Positions 42,001 through 56,620 of a DNA stretch of 64,000 nt are shown here, piece by piece. Source of the DNA: Eledone cirrhosa (Eukaryota); the NCBI GenBank assembly GCA_964016885.1, contig OZ024740.1, positions 425,258,001 to 425,322,000 of the forward strand, given 5' to 3'. The stretch's first letter is position 1, and each line of letters starts with the position of its first letter. The translations under genes were made by a program, and so were the position numbers. The notes under the pieces are model-generated. The model was not told the origin of the DNA. It ran no database searches and saw only the letters and a list, made by a program, of their open reading frames with translations.

Positions 42001-45000
42001 AAAAGCTTTACCCCACATAACATTTACATTACTCTATATTTACTGTTGTATTTTCATCGGAAATACTTTACCTCACATACCATTTACATTACTCTATATT
42101 TACTGTTGTATTTTCATCGGAGATACGTTACCTCACATACCACTTATATTACTCTATATTTACTGTTGTATTTTCATGGTAAAAGCTTTACCTCACATAA
42201 CATTTACATTACTCTATATTTACCGTTGTATTTTCATGGTAAAGGCTTTACCTCACATAACATTTACATTACTCTATATTTACTGTTGTATTTTCATGGT
42301 AAAAGCTTTACCTCACATAACATTTACATTACTCTATATTTACCGTTGTATTTTCATGTTAAAGGCTTTACCTCACATAACATTTACATTACTCTATATT
42401 TACTGTTGTATTTTCATGGTAAAAGCTTTACCTCACATAACATTTACATTACTCTATATTTACTGTTGTATTTTCATCGGAAATACTTTACCTCACATAC
42501 CATTTACATTACTCTATATTTACTGTTGTATTTTCATGGTAAACACTTTACCTCACATACCACTTACATTACTCTATATTTACTGTTGTATTTTCATGGT
42601 AAAAGCTTTACCTCACATAACATTTACATTACTCAATATTTACCGTTGTATTTTCATGGTAAAGGCTTTACCTCACATAACATTTACATTACTCTATATT
42701 TACTGATGTATTTTCATGGTAAAAGCTTTACCTCACATAACATTTACATTACTCTATATTTACTGTTGTATTTTCATTGGAAATACTTTACCTCACATAC
42801 CATTTACATTACTCTATATTTACTGTTGTATTTTCATCGGAGATACTTTACCTCACATACCATTTACATTACTCTATATTTACTGTTGTATTTTCATGGT
42901 AAAAGCTTTACCTCACATAACATTTACATTACTCTATATTTACCGTTGTATTTTCATGGTAAAGGCTTTACCTCACATAACATTTACATTACTCTATATT
43001 TACTGTTGTATTTTCATCGGAAATACTTTACCTCACATACCATTTACATTACTCTATATTTACTGTTGTATTTTCATGGTAAATACTTTACCTCACATAA
43101 CATTTACATTACTCTATATTTACTGTTGTATTTTCATCGGAAACACTTTACCTCACATACCATTTACATTACTCTATATTACTGTTGTATTTTCCTGGTA
43201 AATACTTTACCGCACATTACATTTACATTACTCTATATTTACTGTTGTATTTTCATGGTAAATACTTTACCTCACATAATATTTACTGTTGTATTTTCAT
43301 GGCAAAAGCTTTACCTCACATAACATTTACATTACTCTATATTTACTGTTGTATTTTCATGGTAAAAGCTACCTCACATTACATTTACATTACTCTATAT
43401 TTACTGTTGTATTTTCATGGTAAAGGCTTTACCTCACATAACATCTACATTACTATATATTTACTGTTGTATTTTCATCGGAAATACTTTACCTCACATA
43501 CCATTTACATTACTCTATATTTACTGTTGTACTTTCATGGTAAATACTTTACCTCACATAACATTTACATTACTCTATATTTACTGTTGTATTTTCATGG
43601 TAAATACTTTACCTCACATAACATTTACATTACTCTATATTTACTGTTGTATTTTCATGCTAAACACTTTACCTCACATAACATTTACATTACTCTATAT
43701 TTACTGTTGTATTTTCATGTTAAATACTTTACCTCACATAACATTTACATTACTCTATATTTACTGTTGTATTTTCATGGTAAAAGCTACCTCACATAAC
43801 ATTTACATTACTCTATATTTACTGTTGTATTTTCATGGTAAACACTTTACTTCACATAGCATATTACATTACTCTATATTTACTGTTGTATTTTCATGGT
43901 AAATACTTTACCTCACATAACATTTACATTACTCTATATTTACTGTTGTATTTTCATGGTAAATACTTTACCTCACATAATATTTACATTACTCTATATT
44001 TACTGTTGTATTTTTATGGTAAAAGCTTTACCTCACATAGCATTTACATTACTCTATATTTACCGTTGTATTTTCATGGTAAAGGCTTTAGCTCACATAA
44101 CATTTACATTACTCTATATTTACTGTTGTATTTTCATGGTAAAAGCTTTACCCCACATAACATTTACATTACTCTATATTTACTGTTGTATTTTCATCGG
44201 AAATACTTTACCTCACATACCATTTACATTACTCTATATTTACTGTTGTATTTTCATCGGAGATACTTTACCTCACATACCACTTACATTACTCTATATT
44301 TACTGTTGTATTTTCATGGTAAAAGCTTTACCTCACATAACATTTACATTACTCTATATTTACCGTTGTATTTTCATGGTAAAGGCTTTACCTCACATAA
44401 CATTTACATTACTCTATATTTACTGTTGTATTTTCATGGTAAAAGCTTTACCTCACATAACATTTACATTACTCTATATTTACCGTTGTATTTTCATGTT
44501 AAAGGCTTTACCTCACATAACATTTACATTACTCTATATTTACTGTTGTATTTTCATGGTAAAAGCTTTACCTCACATAACATTTACATTACTCTATATT
44601 TACTGTTGTATTTTCATCGGAAATACTTTACCTCACATACCATTTACATTACTCTATATTTACTGTTGTATTTTCATGGTAAACACTTTACCTCACATAC
44701 CACTTACATTACTCTATATTTACTGTTGTATTTTCATGGTAAAAGCTTTACCTCACATAACATTTACATTACTCTATATTTACCGTTGTATTTTCATGGT
44801 AAAGGCTTTACCTCACATAACATTTACATTACTCTATATTTACTGATGTATTTTCATGGTAAAAGCTTTACCTCACATAACATTTACATTACTCTATATT
44901 TACTGTTGTATTTTCATCGGAAATACTTTACCTCACATACCATTTACATTACTCTATATTTACTGTTGTATTTTCATCGGAGATACTTTACCTCACATAA

Positions 45001-48000
45001 CATTTACATTACTCTATATTTACCGTTGTATTTTCATGGTAAAGGCTTTACCTCACATAACATTTACATTACTCTATATTTACTGTTGTATTTTCATCGG
45101 AAATACTTTACCTCACATACCATTTACATTACTCTATATTTACTGTTGTATTTTCATGGTAAATACTTTACCTCACATAACATTTACATTACTCTATATT
45201 TACTGTTGTATTTTCATCGGAAACACTTTACCTCACATACCATTTACATTACTCTATATTACTGTTGTATTTTCATGGTAAATACTTTACCGCACATTAC
45301 ATTTACATTACTCTATATTTACTGTTGTATTTTCATGGTAAATACTTTACCTCACATAATATTTACTGTTGTATTTTCATGGCAAAAGCTTTACCTCACA
45401 TAACATTTACATTACTCTATATTTACTGTTGTATTTTCATGGTAAAGGCTTTACCTCACATAACATCTACATTACTATATATTTACTGTTGTATTTTCAT
45501 CGGAAATACTTTACCTCACATACCATTTACATTACTCTATATTTACTGTTGTACTTTCATGGTAAATACTTTACCTCACATAACATTTACATTACTCTAT
45601 ATTTACTGTTGTATTTTCATGGTAAATACTTTACCTCACATAACATTTACATTACTCTATATTTACTGTTGTATTTTCATGGTAAACACTTTACCTCACA
45701 TAACATTTACATTACTCTATATTTACTGTTGTATTTTCATGTTAAATACTTTACCTCACATAACATTTACATTACTCTATATTTACTGTTGTATTTTCAT
45801 GGTAAAAGCTACCTCACATAACATTTACATTACTCTATATTTACTGTTGTATTTTCATGGTAAACACTTTACTTCACATAGCATATTACATTACTCTATA
45901 TTTACTGTTGTATTTTCATGGTAAATACTTTACCTCACATAACATTTACATTACTCTATATTTACTGTTGTATTTTCATGGTAAATACTTTACCTCACAT
46001 AATATTTACATTACTCTATATTTACTGTTGTATTTTTATGGTAAAAGCTTTACCTCACATAGCATTTACATTACTCTATATTTACTGTTGTATTTTCATC
46101 GGAAATACTTTACCTCACATACCATTTACATTACTCTATATTTACTGTTGTATTTTCATCGGAAATACTTTACCTCATATACCATTTACATTACTCTATA
46201 TTTACTGTTGTATTTTCATGGTAAATACTTTACCTCACATAACATTTACATTACTCTATATTTACTGTTGTATTTTCATGGTAAATACTTTACCTCACAA
46301 GATTTACATTACTCTATATTTACTGTTGTATTTTTATGGTAAAAGCTTTACCTCACATAGCATTTACATTACTCTATATTTACCGTTGTATTTTCATGGT
46401 AAAGGCTTTAGCTCACATAACATTTACATTACTCTATATTTACTGTTGTATTTTCATGGTAAAAGCTTTACCCCACATAACATTTACATTACTCTATATT
46501 TACTGTTGTATTTTCATCGGAAATACTTTACCTCACATACCATTTACATTACTCTATATTTACTGTTGTATTTTCATCGGAGATACTTTACCTCACATAC
46601 CACTTACATTACTCTATATTTACTGTTGTATTTTCATGGTAAAAGCTTTACCTCACATAACATTTACATTACTCTATATTTACCGTTGTATTTTCATGGT
46701 AAAGGCTTTACCTCACATAACATTTACATTACTCTATATTTACTGTTGTATTTTCATGGTAAAAGCTTTACCTCACATAACATTTACATTACTCTATATT
46801 TACCGTTGTATTTTCATGTTAAAGGCTTTACCTCACATAACATTTACATTACTCTATATTTACTGTTGTATTTTCATGGTAAAAGCTTTACCTCACATAA
46901 CATTTACATTACTCTATATTTACTGTTGTATTTTCATCGGAAATACTTTACCTCACATACCATTTACATTACTCTATATTTACTGTTGTATTTTCATGGT
47001 AAACACTTTACCTCACATACCACTTACATTACTCTATATTTACTGTTGTATTTTCATGGTAAAAGCTTTACCTCACATAACATTTACATTACTCTATATT
47101 TACCGTTGTATTTTCATGGTAAAGGCTTTACCTCACATAACATTTACATTACTCTATATTTACTGATGTATTTTCATGGTAAAAGCTTTACCTCACATAA
47201 CATTTACATTACTCTATATTTACTGTTGTATTTTCATCGGAAATACTTTACCTCACATACCATTTACATTACTCTATATTTACTGTTGTATTTTCATCGG
47301 AGATACTTTACCTCACATAACATTTACATTACTCTATATTTACCGTTGTATTTTCATGGTAAAGGCTTTACCTCACATAACATTTACATTACTCTATATT
47401 TACTGTTGTATTTTCATCGGAAATACTTTACCTCACATACCATTTACATTACTCTATATTTACTGTTGTATTTTCATGGTAAATACTTTACCTCACATAA
47501 CATTTACATTACTCTATATTTACTGTTGTATTTTCATCGGAAACACTTTACCTCACATACCATTTACATTACTTTATATTACTGTTGTATTTTCATGGTA
47601 AATACTTTACCGCACATTACATTTACATTACTCTATATTTACTGTTGTATTTTCATGGTAAATACTTTACCTCACATAATATTTACTGTTGTATTTTCAT
47701 GGCAAAAGCTTTACCTCACATAACATTTACATTACTCTATATTTACTGTTGTATTTTCATGGTAAAACCTACCTCACATAACATTTACATTACTCTATAT
47801 TTACTGTTGTATTTTCATGGTAAAGGCTTTACCTCACATAACATCTACATTACTATATATTTACTGTTGTATTTTCATCGGAAATACTTTACCTCACATA
47901 CCATTTACATTACTCTATATTTACTGTTGTACTTTCATGGTAAATACTTTACCTCACATAACATTTACATTACTCTATATTTACTGTTGTATTTTCATGG

Positions 48001-51000
48001 TAAATACTTTACCTCACATAACATTTACATTACTCTATATTTACTGTTGTATTTTCATGGTAAACACTTTACCTCACATAACATTTACATTACTCTATAT
48101 TTACTGTTGTATTTTCATGTTAAATACTTTACCTCACATAACATTTACATTACTCTATATTTACTGTTGTATTTTCATGGTAAAAGCTACCTCACATAAC
48201 ATTTACATTACTCTATATTTACTGTTGTATTTTCATGGTAAACACTTTACTTCACATAGCATATTACATTACTCTATATTTACTGTTGTATTTTCATGGT
48301 AAATACTTTACCTCACATAACATTTACATTACTCTATATTTACTGTTGTATTTTCATGGTAAATACTTTACCTCACATAATATTTACATTACTCTATATT
48401 TACTGTTGTATTTTTATGGTAAAAGCTTTACCTCACATAGCATTTACATTACTCTATATTTACTGTTGTATTTTCATCGGAAATACTTTACCTCACATAC
48501 CATTTACATTACTCTATATTTACTGTTGTATTTTCATCGGAAATACTTTACCTCATATACCATTTACATTACTCTATATTTACTGTTGTATTTTCATGGT
48601 AAATACTTTACCTCACATAACATTTACATTACTCTATATTTACTGTTGTATTTTCATGGTAAATACTTTACCTCACAAGATTTACATTACTCTATATTTA
48701 CTGTTGTATTTTCATGGTAAAAGCTTTACCTCATATAACATTTACATTACTCTATATTCACTGTTATATTTTCATGGTAAATACTTTACCTCACATACCA
48801 TTTACATTACTCTATATTTACTGTTGTATTTTTATGGTAAATACTTTACCTCACATACCATTTACATTACTCTATATTTACTGTTGTATTTTCATGGTAA
48901 AAGCTTTACCTCACATACCATTTACATTACTCTATATTTACTGTTGTATTTTCATGGTAAATGCTACCTCACATAACATTTACATTACTCTATATTTACT
49001 GTTGTATTTTCATGGTAAATACTTTACCTCACATACCATATTACATTACTCTATATTTAATGTTGTATTTTCATGGTAAAAGCTTTACCTCACATACCAT
49101 TTACATTACTCTATATATACTGTTGTATTTTCATGGTAAATACTTTACCTCACATACCATTTACATTACTCTATATTTACTGTTGTATTTTCATGGTAAA
49201 TACTTTACCTCACATACCATTTACATTACTCTATATTTATTGTTGCATTTTCATGGTAAAAGCTACCTCACATAACATTTACATTACTCTATATCTACTG
49301 TTCTTAAGGGTTTTGATGGCCATGCGGACTTCGTTCTCGGTGAAGTCATCAGTATTGATAGGCAACAAACTAGTAAGTTCCTTAATGTCGGCTGGCACAC
49401 GTGGTTCCGGTCGGTTGAAGACTTCCTTGAAATGTTCAGCCCATCTGACTAACTTTTCTTCACCCTTGGAAAGCAGCGTATCATCTTTCGCTTTCACCAT
49501 GCCTGAGTCAGCTCTAGAGCTGCCGGTGATTTTCTTGGCAATTTGGTACACAGAGCGCATGTCATTGCGTGCCGCAGCTGCTTCCACCTCCTCTGCCTTA
49601 CCCTCACGCCACATTCGTTTGTCCTTTTGCGCGCTGCGTTTCACCTCCTTGTCCTTGTCAACATACTGCTGATATACCTTGATGGACTCTGGGGTAGTGG
49701 CATGCCTTTGCTGGTGTAGGGCTTTCCTTTCATTAATCAGCTGCCAGGTGTTGTCGCTGACCCAAGCTTCTTTGAGGGACTTCCTGTAGCCCAGGATTTC
49801 TTCCCCTGCAGCTTTCATGGTCTTCTTCATTTCCTCCCACCAATTGACCGAGCCTGGTGCAGACTCCTCAAGGACAGCAAATCTGTTCCTCAAAGCAGCC
49901 TCGAACTATGCTTCTGTGTCACCGTTCTTCAGCTTGGTAGTGTCAAAACGCCTTGTAGTGAGTGCTCTCTTCTGCTTCCTCAGTCTGATTTTAAGTTTGG
50001 TAACAGACAGATAGTGGTCACTGCAGACATCTGCGCCCCGGTAGACTCGTACGTCCTGTAGGCAAGGAGCTCTCCAACTTGGGCCAATCGCAATGTGGTC
50101 TATTTGCGTCTTGGTCCTGTGGTCGTTCGAAGCCAATGTGACCTTGTGGATGTTCTTGTGGTCAAATGGTGACGAGCCGATTTTCATATTGTTCATGGCA
50201 CAGAACTGGACAAATCTGTCCCCGTTCTCACCAGGTATGGATGGCATTTCTGCTGAAATGCTGAAGTCAGGAGGCGAAAGCATGGTCAAGTGGATGGGCC
50301 ACTTATGTAATCTTGTGTGGAACACGGGTGAAGTCCCAGAAGATTGGAGAAACGGAGCGGTTGTCTGTATCCCCAAGAAGGGCAACCTTGCCGATTGTGA
50401 CATCTGGAGGGGAGTGACACTTCTCTCCATACCAGGGAAGGTCTATTGTCTGATGATCCTGAACCGCATACGTGGCATGGTAGACCGGGAACTGCGAGAA
50501 CAACAGGCAGGGTTCCGACCAAAACGTTCCTGTGCAGAGCAGATCTTTGCGTTACGCCGCATCATTGGGAGGTACAACGAATTCCAGAGGCCCCTCGCCG
50601 TCAGCTTCATCGATTTCTCCAAAGCATTCGATAGCATTCATCGGCCGTCACTCTGGAGCATCATGCATGAGTATGGTCTGCCCCAGAAAGTCATTTCGGC
50701 AATCAAACAGATTTACGCAAACTCCAAGTGCTGCATACGGACAGAGGATGGTTACAGTGGCTGGTTTGAGGTGGTTACTGGTGTGCGTCAGGGTTGCTCG
50801 CTCTCTCCAATTCTCTTTGCCATAGCCATTGACTGGGTACTAAGAAGAGCGTCTAAAGACAAGGGTATATCTTGGGTGGGAGAGCAAAAGTTGTCTGACC
50901 TGGACTTTGCGGACGATATTGTTGCACTAGCAGAGAGCACAGCTGACCTGCAAATCATTATGAACAATATCAATGTCGAAGCAGGAAGCTTAGGTCTCAA

Positions 51001-54000
51001 TATCAGTGCTAAGAAGACCAAAAGCATGTTATCTGGTACACACTCATCACCAACTAGTGTTTTCATTGAACAGGGGGAGGGGGAGGTAGTGGATAACTTC
51101 ACCTACCTAGGAAGCTCCATTGACAATGTAGGCGCCCTGGACAGTGAATTGCAATGTAGAATAGGAAAGGCTTCAGCAGCATTTAAACAGCTTGTCAAAA
51201 TCTGGAAGAGCAGGAAGTTCACCCTCAAAACAAAGATGAGATTCTACAACAGCAACGTGCTGTCCACACTCTTGTACGGAAGTGAAACATGGCACCTTAA
51301 GACCAGACAAGAGAAGAAGTTGGACGCATTCGATTCCAGGTGTCTGCGAAAGATCCTGGGGATTAAATGGAGTGACCATGTAACAAACCAGGAAGTCAGG
51401 AACCGCACCAACCAGCAGCTATTCTCTTCTGCCATCTGCAAGCGACGCCTGGGCTGGTTTGGGCACGCTTTGAGACTTCCCCCGGAGAGACTGGCGAACC
51501 AAGTAGTTAAATGGAACCCACAGGGAAGCAGACGGAGAGGGCGACCCAAAATCAACTGGCGCCAGACAGTTGAGAGGGACCTGCGAGCGACAAACAGACA
51601 ATGGCGGGACGCTGTGCAACTGGCTGCTGACCAAACGCCGTGGAACACTATGAGTGCTTCATGCGTCGCAAGACGCGGGAGCTTCTGAGTCTGATATTTA
51701 CTGTTGTATTTTCATGGTAAATATTTTACCTCACATACCATTTACATTACTATATATTTATTGTTGTATTTTCATGTTAAATACTTTACCTCACATACCA
51801 TTTACATTACTCTATATTTACTGTTGTATTTGCGTGGTAAACAATTTACCTATCATACATTTACATTACTCTATATTTACTGTTGTATTTTCATGTTAAA
51901 TACTTTACCTCACATACCATTTACATTACTCTATATTTACTGTTGTATTTTCATGGTAAATACTTTACCTCACATACCATATTACATTACTCTATATTTA
52001 CTGTTGTATTTTCATGGTAAATACTTTACCTCACATACCATTTACATTACTCTATATTTACTGTTGTATTTTCATGGTAAATACTTTACCTCACATAACA
52101 TTTACCTTACTCTATATTTACTGTTGTATTTTCATGGTAAATACTTTACCTCACATACCATTTACATTACTCTATATTTACTGTTGTATTTTCATGGTAA
52201 ATACTTTACCTCACATAACATTTACATTACTCTATATTTACTGTTGTATTTTCATGGTAAAAGCTTTACCTCACATACCATTTACATTACTCTATATTTA
52301 CTGTTGTATTTTCATGGTAAATGCTACCTCACATAACATTTACATTACTCTATATTTACTGTTGTATTATCATGGTAAATACTTTACCTCACATACCATA
52401 TAACATTAGTCTATATTTAATGTTGTATTTTCATGCTAAAAGCTTTACCTCACATAACATTTACATTACTCTATATTTACCGTTGTATTTTCATCGGAAA
52501 TACTTTACCTCACATACCATTTACATTACTCTATATTTAATGTTGTATTTTCATGGTAAACACTTTACCTCACATAACATTTACATTTCTCTATATTTAC
52601 TGTTGTATTTTCATGGTAAAAGCTACCTCACATAACATTTACATTACTCTATATTTACTGTTGTGTTTTCATGGTGAAAGCTTTACCTCACATGACATTT
52701 ACATTACTCTATATTTACTGTTGTATTTTCATCGGAAATACTTTACCTCACATACCATTTACATTACTCTATATTTACTGTTGTATTTTCATGGTAAAAG
52801 CTTTACCTCACATAACATTTACCTTACTCTATATTTACTGTTGTATTTTCATGGTAAATACATTACCTCACATACCATTTTCATTACTCTATATTTACTG
52901 TTGTATTTTCATGGTAAATACTTTACCTCACATAACATTTACATTACTCTATATTTACTGTTGTATTTTCATGGTAAATACTTTACCTCACATATCATAT
53001 TACATTACTCTATATTTAATGTTGTATTTTCATGGTAAAAGCTTTACCTCACATACCATTTACATTACTCTATATTTACTGTTGTATTTTCATGGTAAAT
53101 ACTTTACCTCACATATCATATTACATTACTCTATATTTAATGTTGTATTTTCATGGTAAAAGCTTTACCTCACATAACATTTACATTACTCTATATTTAC
53201 TGTTGTATTTTCATAATAAAAGCTACCACACATAACATTTACATTACTCTATATTTACTGTTGTATTTTCATGGTAAATACTTTACCTCACATACCATAT
53301 AACATTAGTCTATATTTAATGTTGTATTTTCATGCTAAAAGCTTTACCTCACATAACATTTACATTACTCTATATTTACCGTTGTATTTTCATCGGAAAT
53401 ACTTTACCTCACATACCATTTACATTACTCTATATTTAATGTTGTATTTTCATGGTAAACACTTTACCTCACATAACATTTACATTACTCTATATTTACT
53501 GTTGTATTTTCATGGTAAACACCTTACCTCACATAACATTTACATTACTCTATATTTACTGTTGTATTTTCATGGTAAAAGCTACCTCACATAACATTTA
53601 CATTACTCTATATTTACTGTTGTGTTTTCATGGTAAAAGCTTTACCTCACATAACATTTACATTACTCTATATTTACTGTTGTATTTTCATCGGAAATAC
53701 TTTACCTCACATACCATTTACATTACTCTATATTTACTGTTGTATTTTCATGGTAAAAGCTTTACCTCACATAACATTTACCTTACTCTATATTTACTGT
53801 TGTATTTTCATCGGAAATACTTTACCTCACATACCATTTACATTACTCTATATTTACTGTTGTATTTTCATGGTAAACACTTTACCTCACATAACATTTA
53901 CATTACTCTATATTTACTGTTGTATTTTCATGGTAAAAGCTACCTCACATAACATTTACATTACTCTATATTTACTGTTGTATTTTCATGGTAAATACTT

Positions 54001-55450
54001 TACCTCACATACCATATTACATTACTCTATATTTACTGTTGTATTTTCATGATAAAAGCTACCTCACATAACATTTACATTACTCTATATTTACTGTTGT
54101 ATTTTCATGCTAAATACTTTACCTCACATACCATATTACATTACTCTATATTTACTGTTGTATTTTCATGCTAAAAGCTTTACCTCACATAACATTTACA
54201 TTACTCTATATTTACCGTTGTATTTTCATCGGAAATACTTTACCTCACATACCATTTACATTACTCTATATTTAATGTTGTATTTTCATGTTAAATACTT
54301 TACCTCACATAACATTTACATTACTCTATATTTACTGTTGTGTTTTCATGGTAAAAGCTTTACCTCACATAACATTTACATTACTCCATATTTACTGTTG
54401 TATTTTCATGTTAAATACTTTACCTCACATACCATTTACATTACTCTATATTTACTGTTGTATTTTCATGGTAAAAGCTACCTCACATAACATTTACATT
54501 ACTCTATATTTACTGTTGTGTTTTCATGGTAAAAGCTTTACCTCACATACCATTTACATTACTCTATATTTACTGTTGTATTTTCATGGTAAATACTTTA
54601 CCTCACATACCATTTACATTTCTCTATATTTACTGTAGTATTTTCATGTTAAATACTTTACCTCACATAACATTTACATTACTCTATATTTACTGTTGTG
54701 TTTTCATGGTAAAAGCTTTACCTCACATAACATTTGCATTACTGTATATTTACTGTTGTATTTTCATGGTAAAAGCTTTACCCCACATAACATTTACATT
54801 TCTCTATATTTACTGTAGTATTTTCATGTTAAATACTTTACCTCACATAAGATTTACATTACTCTATATTTACTGTTGTATTTTCATGGTAAAATCTACC
54901 TCACATAACATTTACATTACTCTATATTTACTGTTGTATATTCATGGTAAAAGCTTTACCTCACATAACATTTACATTACTCTATATTTACTGTTGTATT
55001 TTCATCGGAAATACTTTACCTCACATACCATTTACATTACTCTATATTTACTGTTGTATTTTCATGGTAAAAGCTTTACCTCACATAACATTTACCTTAC
55101 TCTACATTTACTGTTGTATTTTCATTGTAAATACTCTACCTCACATACCATTTACATTACTCTATATTTACTGTTGTATTTTTATGGTAAACACTTTACC
55201 TCACATAACATTTACATTACTCTATATTTACTGTTGTATTTTCATAGTAAATGCTACCTCACATAACATTTACATTACTCTATATTTACTGTTGTATTTT
55301 CATGGTAAATACTTTACCTCACGTACCATATTACATTACTCTATATTTAATGTTGTATTTTCATGGTAAAAGCTTTACCTCACATACCATTTACATTACT
55401 CTATATATACTGTTGTATTTTCATGGTAAACACTTTATCTCACATAATAT
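33084..55450. repeat. 60-bp satellite array (~330 monomers) with higher-order repeats, interrupted by an RTE
   Basis: Consensus ATGGTAAATACTTTACCTCACATAACATTTACATTACTCTATATTTACTGTTGTATTTTC; variants of 44, 58, 59 and 61 bp; 7,915-bp period. Confidence 0.98.
49303..51693 (+). mobile_element. RTE-clade LINE, 5'-truncated with an inverted 5' segment (49303-~50227 on minus strand)
   Basis: Plus: SPGMDGI..WRGVTLLS..FIDFSKAFD..GVRQGC..DFADD..LLYGSETW..GSRRRGRPKINW. Minus: NGDRF..QIDHI..SDHY..EVRMAIKTLKN. TSD ATAT(C/T)TACTGTT at 49291-49302 and 51694-51705; tail CTGAGTCTGA. Confidence 0.92.
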
Positions 55451-56620
55451 GGAATCTATGAGATTTTTTTGATATTTATTTCGAGAACAATATCTTATCA
55501 TCAGTATGAGTGGCCTGTTACAGCCAGTTTCAACTGAAAGAGGTGAGATAGTTCTGACCGGATATGACCGGTTTAAATGCTAAAGGGTTAAGTTAGTTGA
55601 TTTGTTGGAGCACTGCCAATTCTCCACTGACTATCTCTGGAAGTAAATGTGCTTTAATTTCGAATACTCAAGGATAGTAAAACATGTGACTTCAGTCGTC
55701 TATTTAAGTCTGTCTCAGCATATTCAACAGACAACGAAAAACTTATAAATCCTCAAGTGGTTTGCTTATATCCGCGCTGCTGCAATTAGTTAAAGAATAC
55801 AACCTACAATGTTTGGAGAAAACCACCAACTCTTACAACATAGCTGCTTTATACTAAGCACTTTAACTGTTGGAAAGCTATCATGCGAAACTTGTGCTTT
55901 CTTTGCACAGACCACAAAAACCTCTAAAACCACCAACTCTTACAACATAGCTGCTTTATACTAAGCACTTTAACTGTTGGAAAGCTATCATGCGAAACTT
56001 GTGCTTTCTTTGCACAAACCACAAAAAACCTCTATCTTTGAAACTGAAGCTGATCCTTAGTTGCCCACCAACATGACCTGATCTCTCTCATCATTCCTTC
56101 CATTTGTCAACCATAAGGGTTCTGTAAACAACTTCTAAGTTCGCTATCCATTTACCACCTACCATACTCTCCCCACTGTCAGTATTTCCTACCTATCAGA
56201 TTCAACACACCGTACACATACACACAATGTGTGGAAGCACATCATTTACTTTAAACTGACAAGCTAATCTACCCTGAATATATCTCATTACTCGTAATCG
56301 ATACACCCTAGATATATTTCCTATCCATCACACATTGTCAGTCCCTCCCTTTCATTCTTCAATGATATACCCTAATTTTTGGAAACAGGTAATAATGTGT
56401 CTTCTTCCTAAGTTAAACCCCTATACTCTTAACAACCTTCTCTAAAACCTTGAATTTCTCTCCTGTTTAACGACCAGCAGTATAATCTGCAAGCTTTTAC
56501 CCTACAATTACTTTCCTGTGTCACTTATTTTTGTGTTCTCGCCATCGAGAAAAATATGTGAAAACATCGTCATTGTATTTGACATTAGCAAAGCATTTGA
56601 CATTAGCAAGCGGGAGGTAG
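55451..56620 (+). pseudogene. Decayed LINE ORF2 continuation (linker + RT start)
   Basis: W-N-L-*-D-F-F, KWF..AAI, SFLPFVNHKGS, LNDQQY and VFDISKAFD fragments in the expected order. Confidence 0.45.
55819..56033. repeat. 107-bp tandem duplication
   Basis: AAAACCACCAACTCTTACAAC..AAACCTCTA starts at 55819 and 55926. Confidence 0.9.

Noticed and set aside
33084-55450. CRISPR-like array next to a reverse transcriptase
   Set aside because: There are no unique spacers and no cas genes; the RT is an RTE LINE with a TSD.
33084-55450. Decayed C2H2 zinc-finger array (GKSF motif)
   Set aside because: The period is 60 bp rather than 84 bp, with no CxxC/HxxxH spacing or TGEKP linker.
33125-55472. Long ORFs (up to 721 aa) of MVNTLPHITFTLLYIYCCIF / YFHGKYFTSHNIYITLYLLL repeats
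   Set aside because: They are a by-product of a stop-free 60-bp unit. Frequent 1-2 bp indels swap frames freely and two frames are equally open, so there is no sign of coding constraint.
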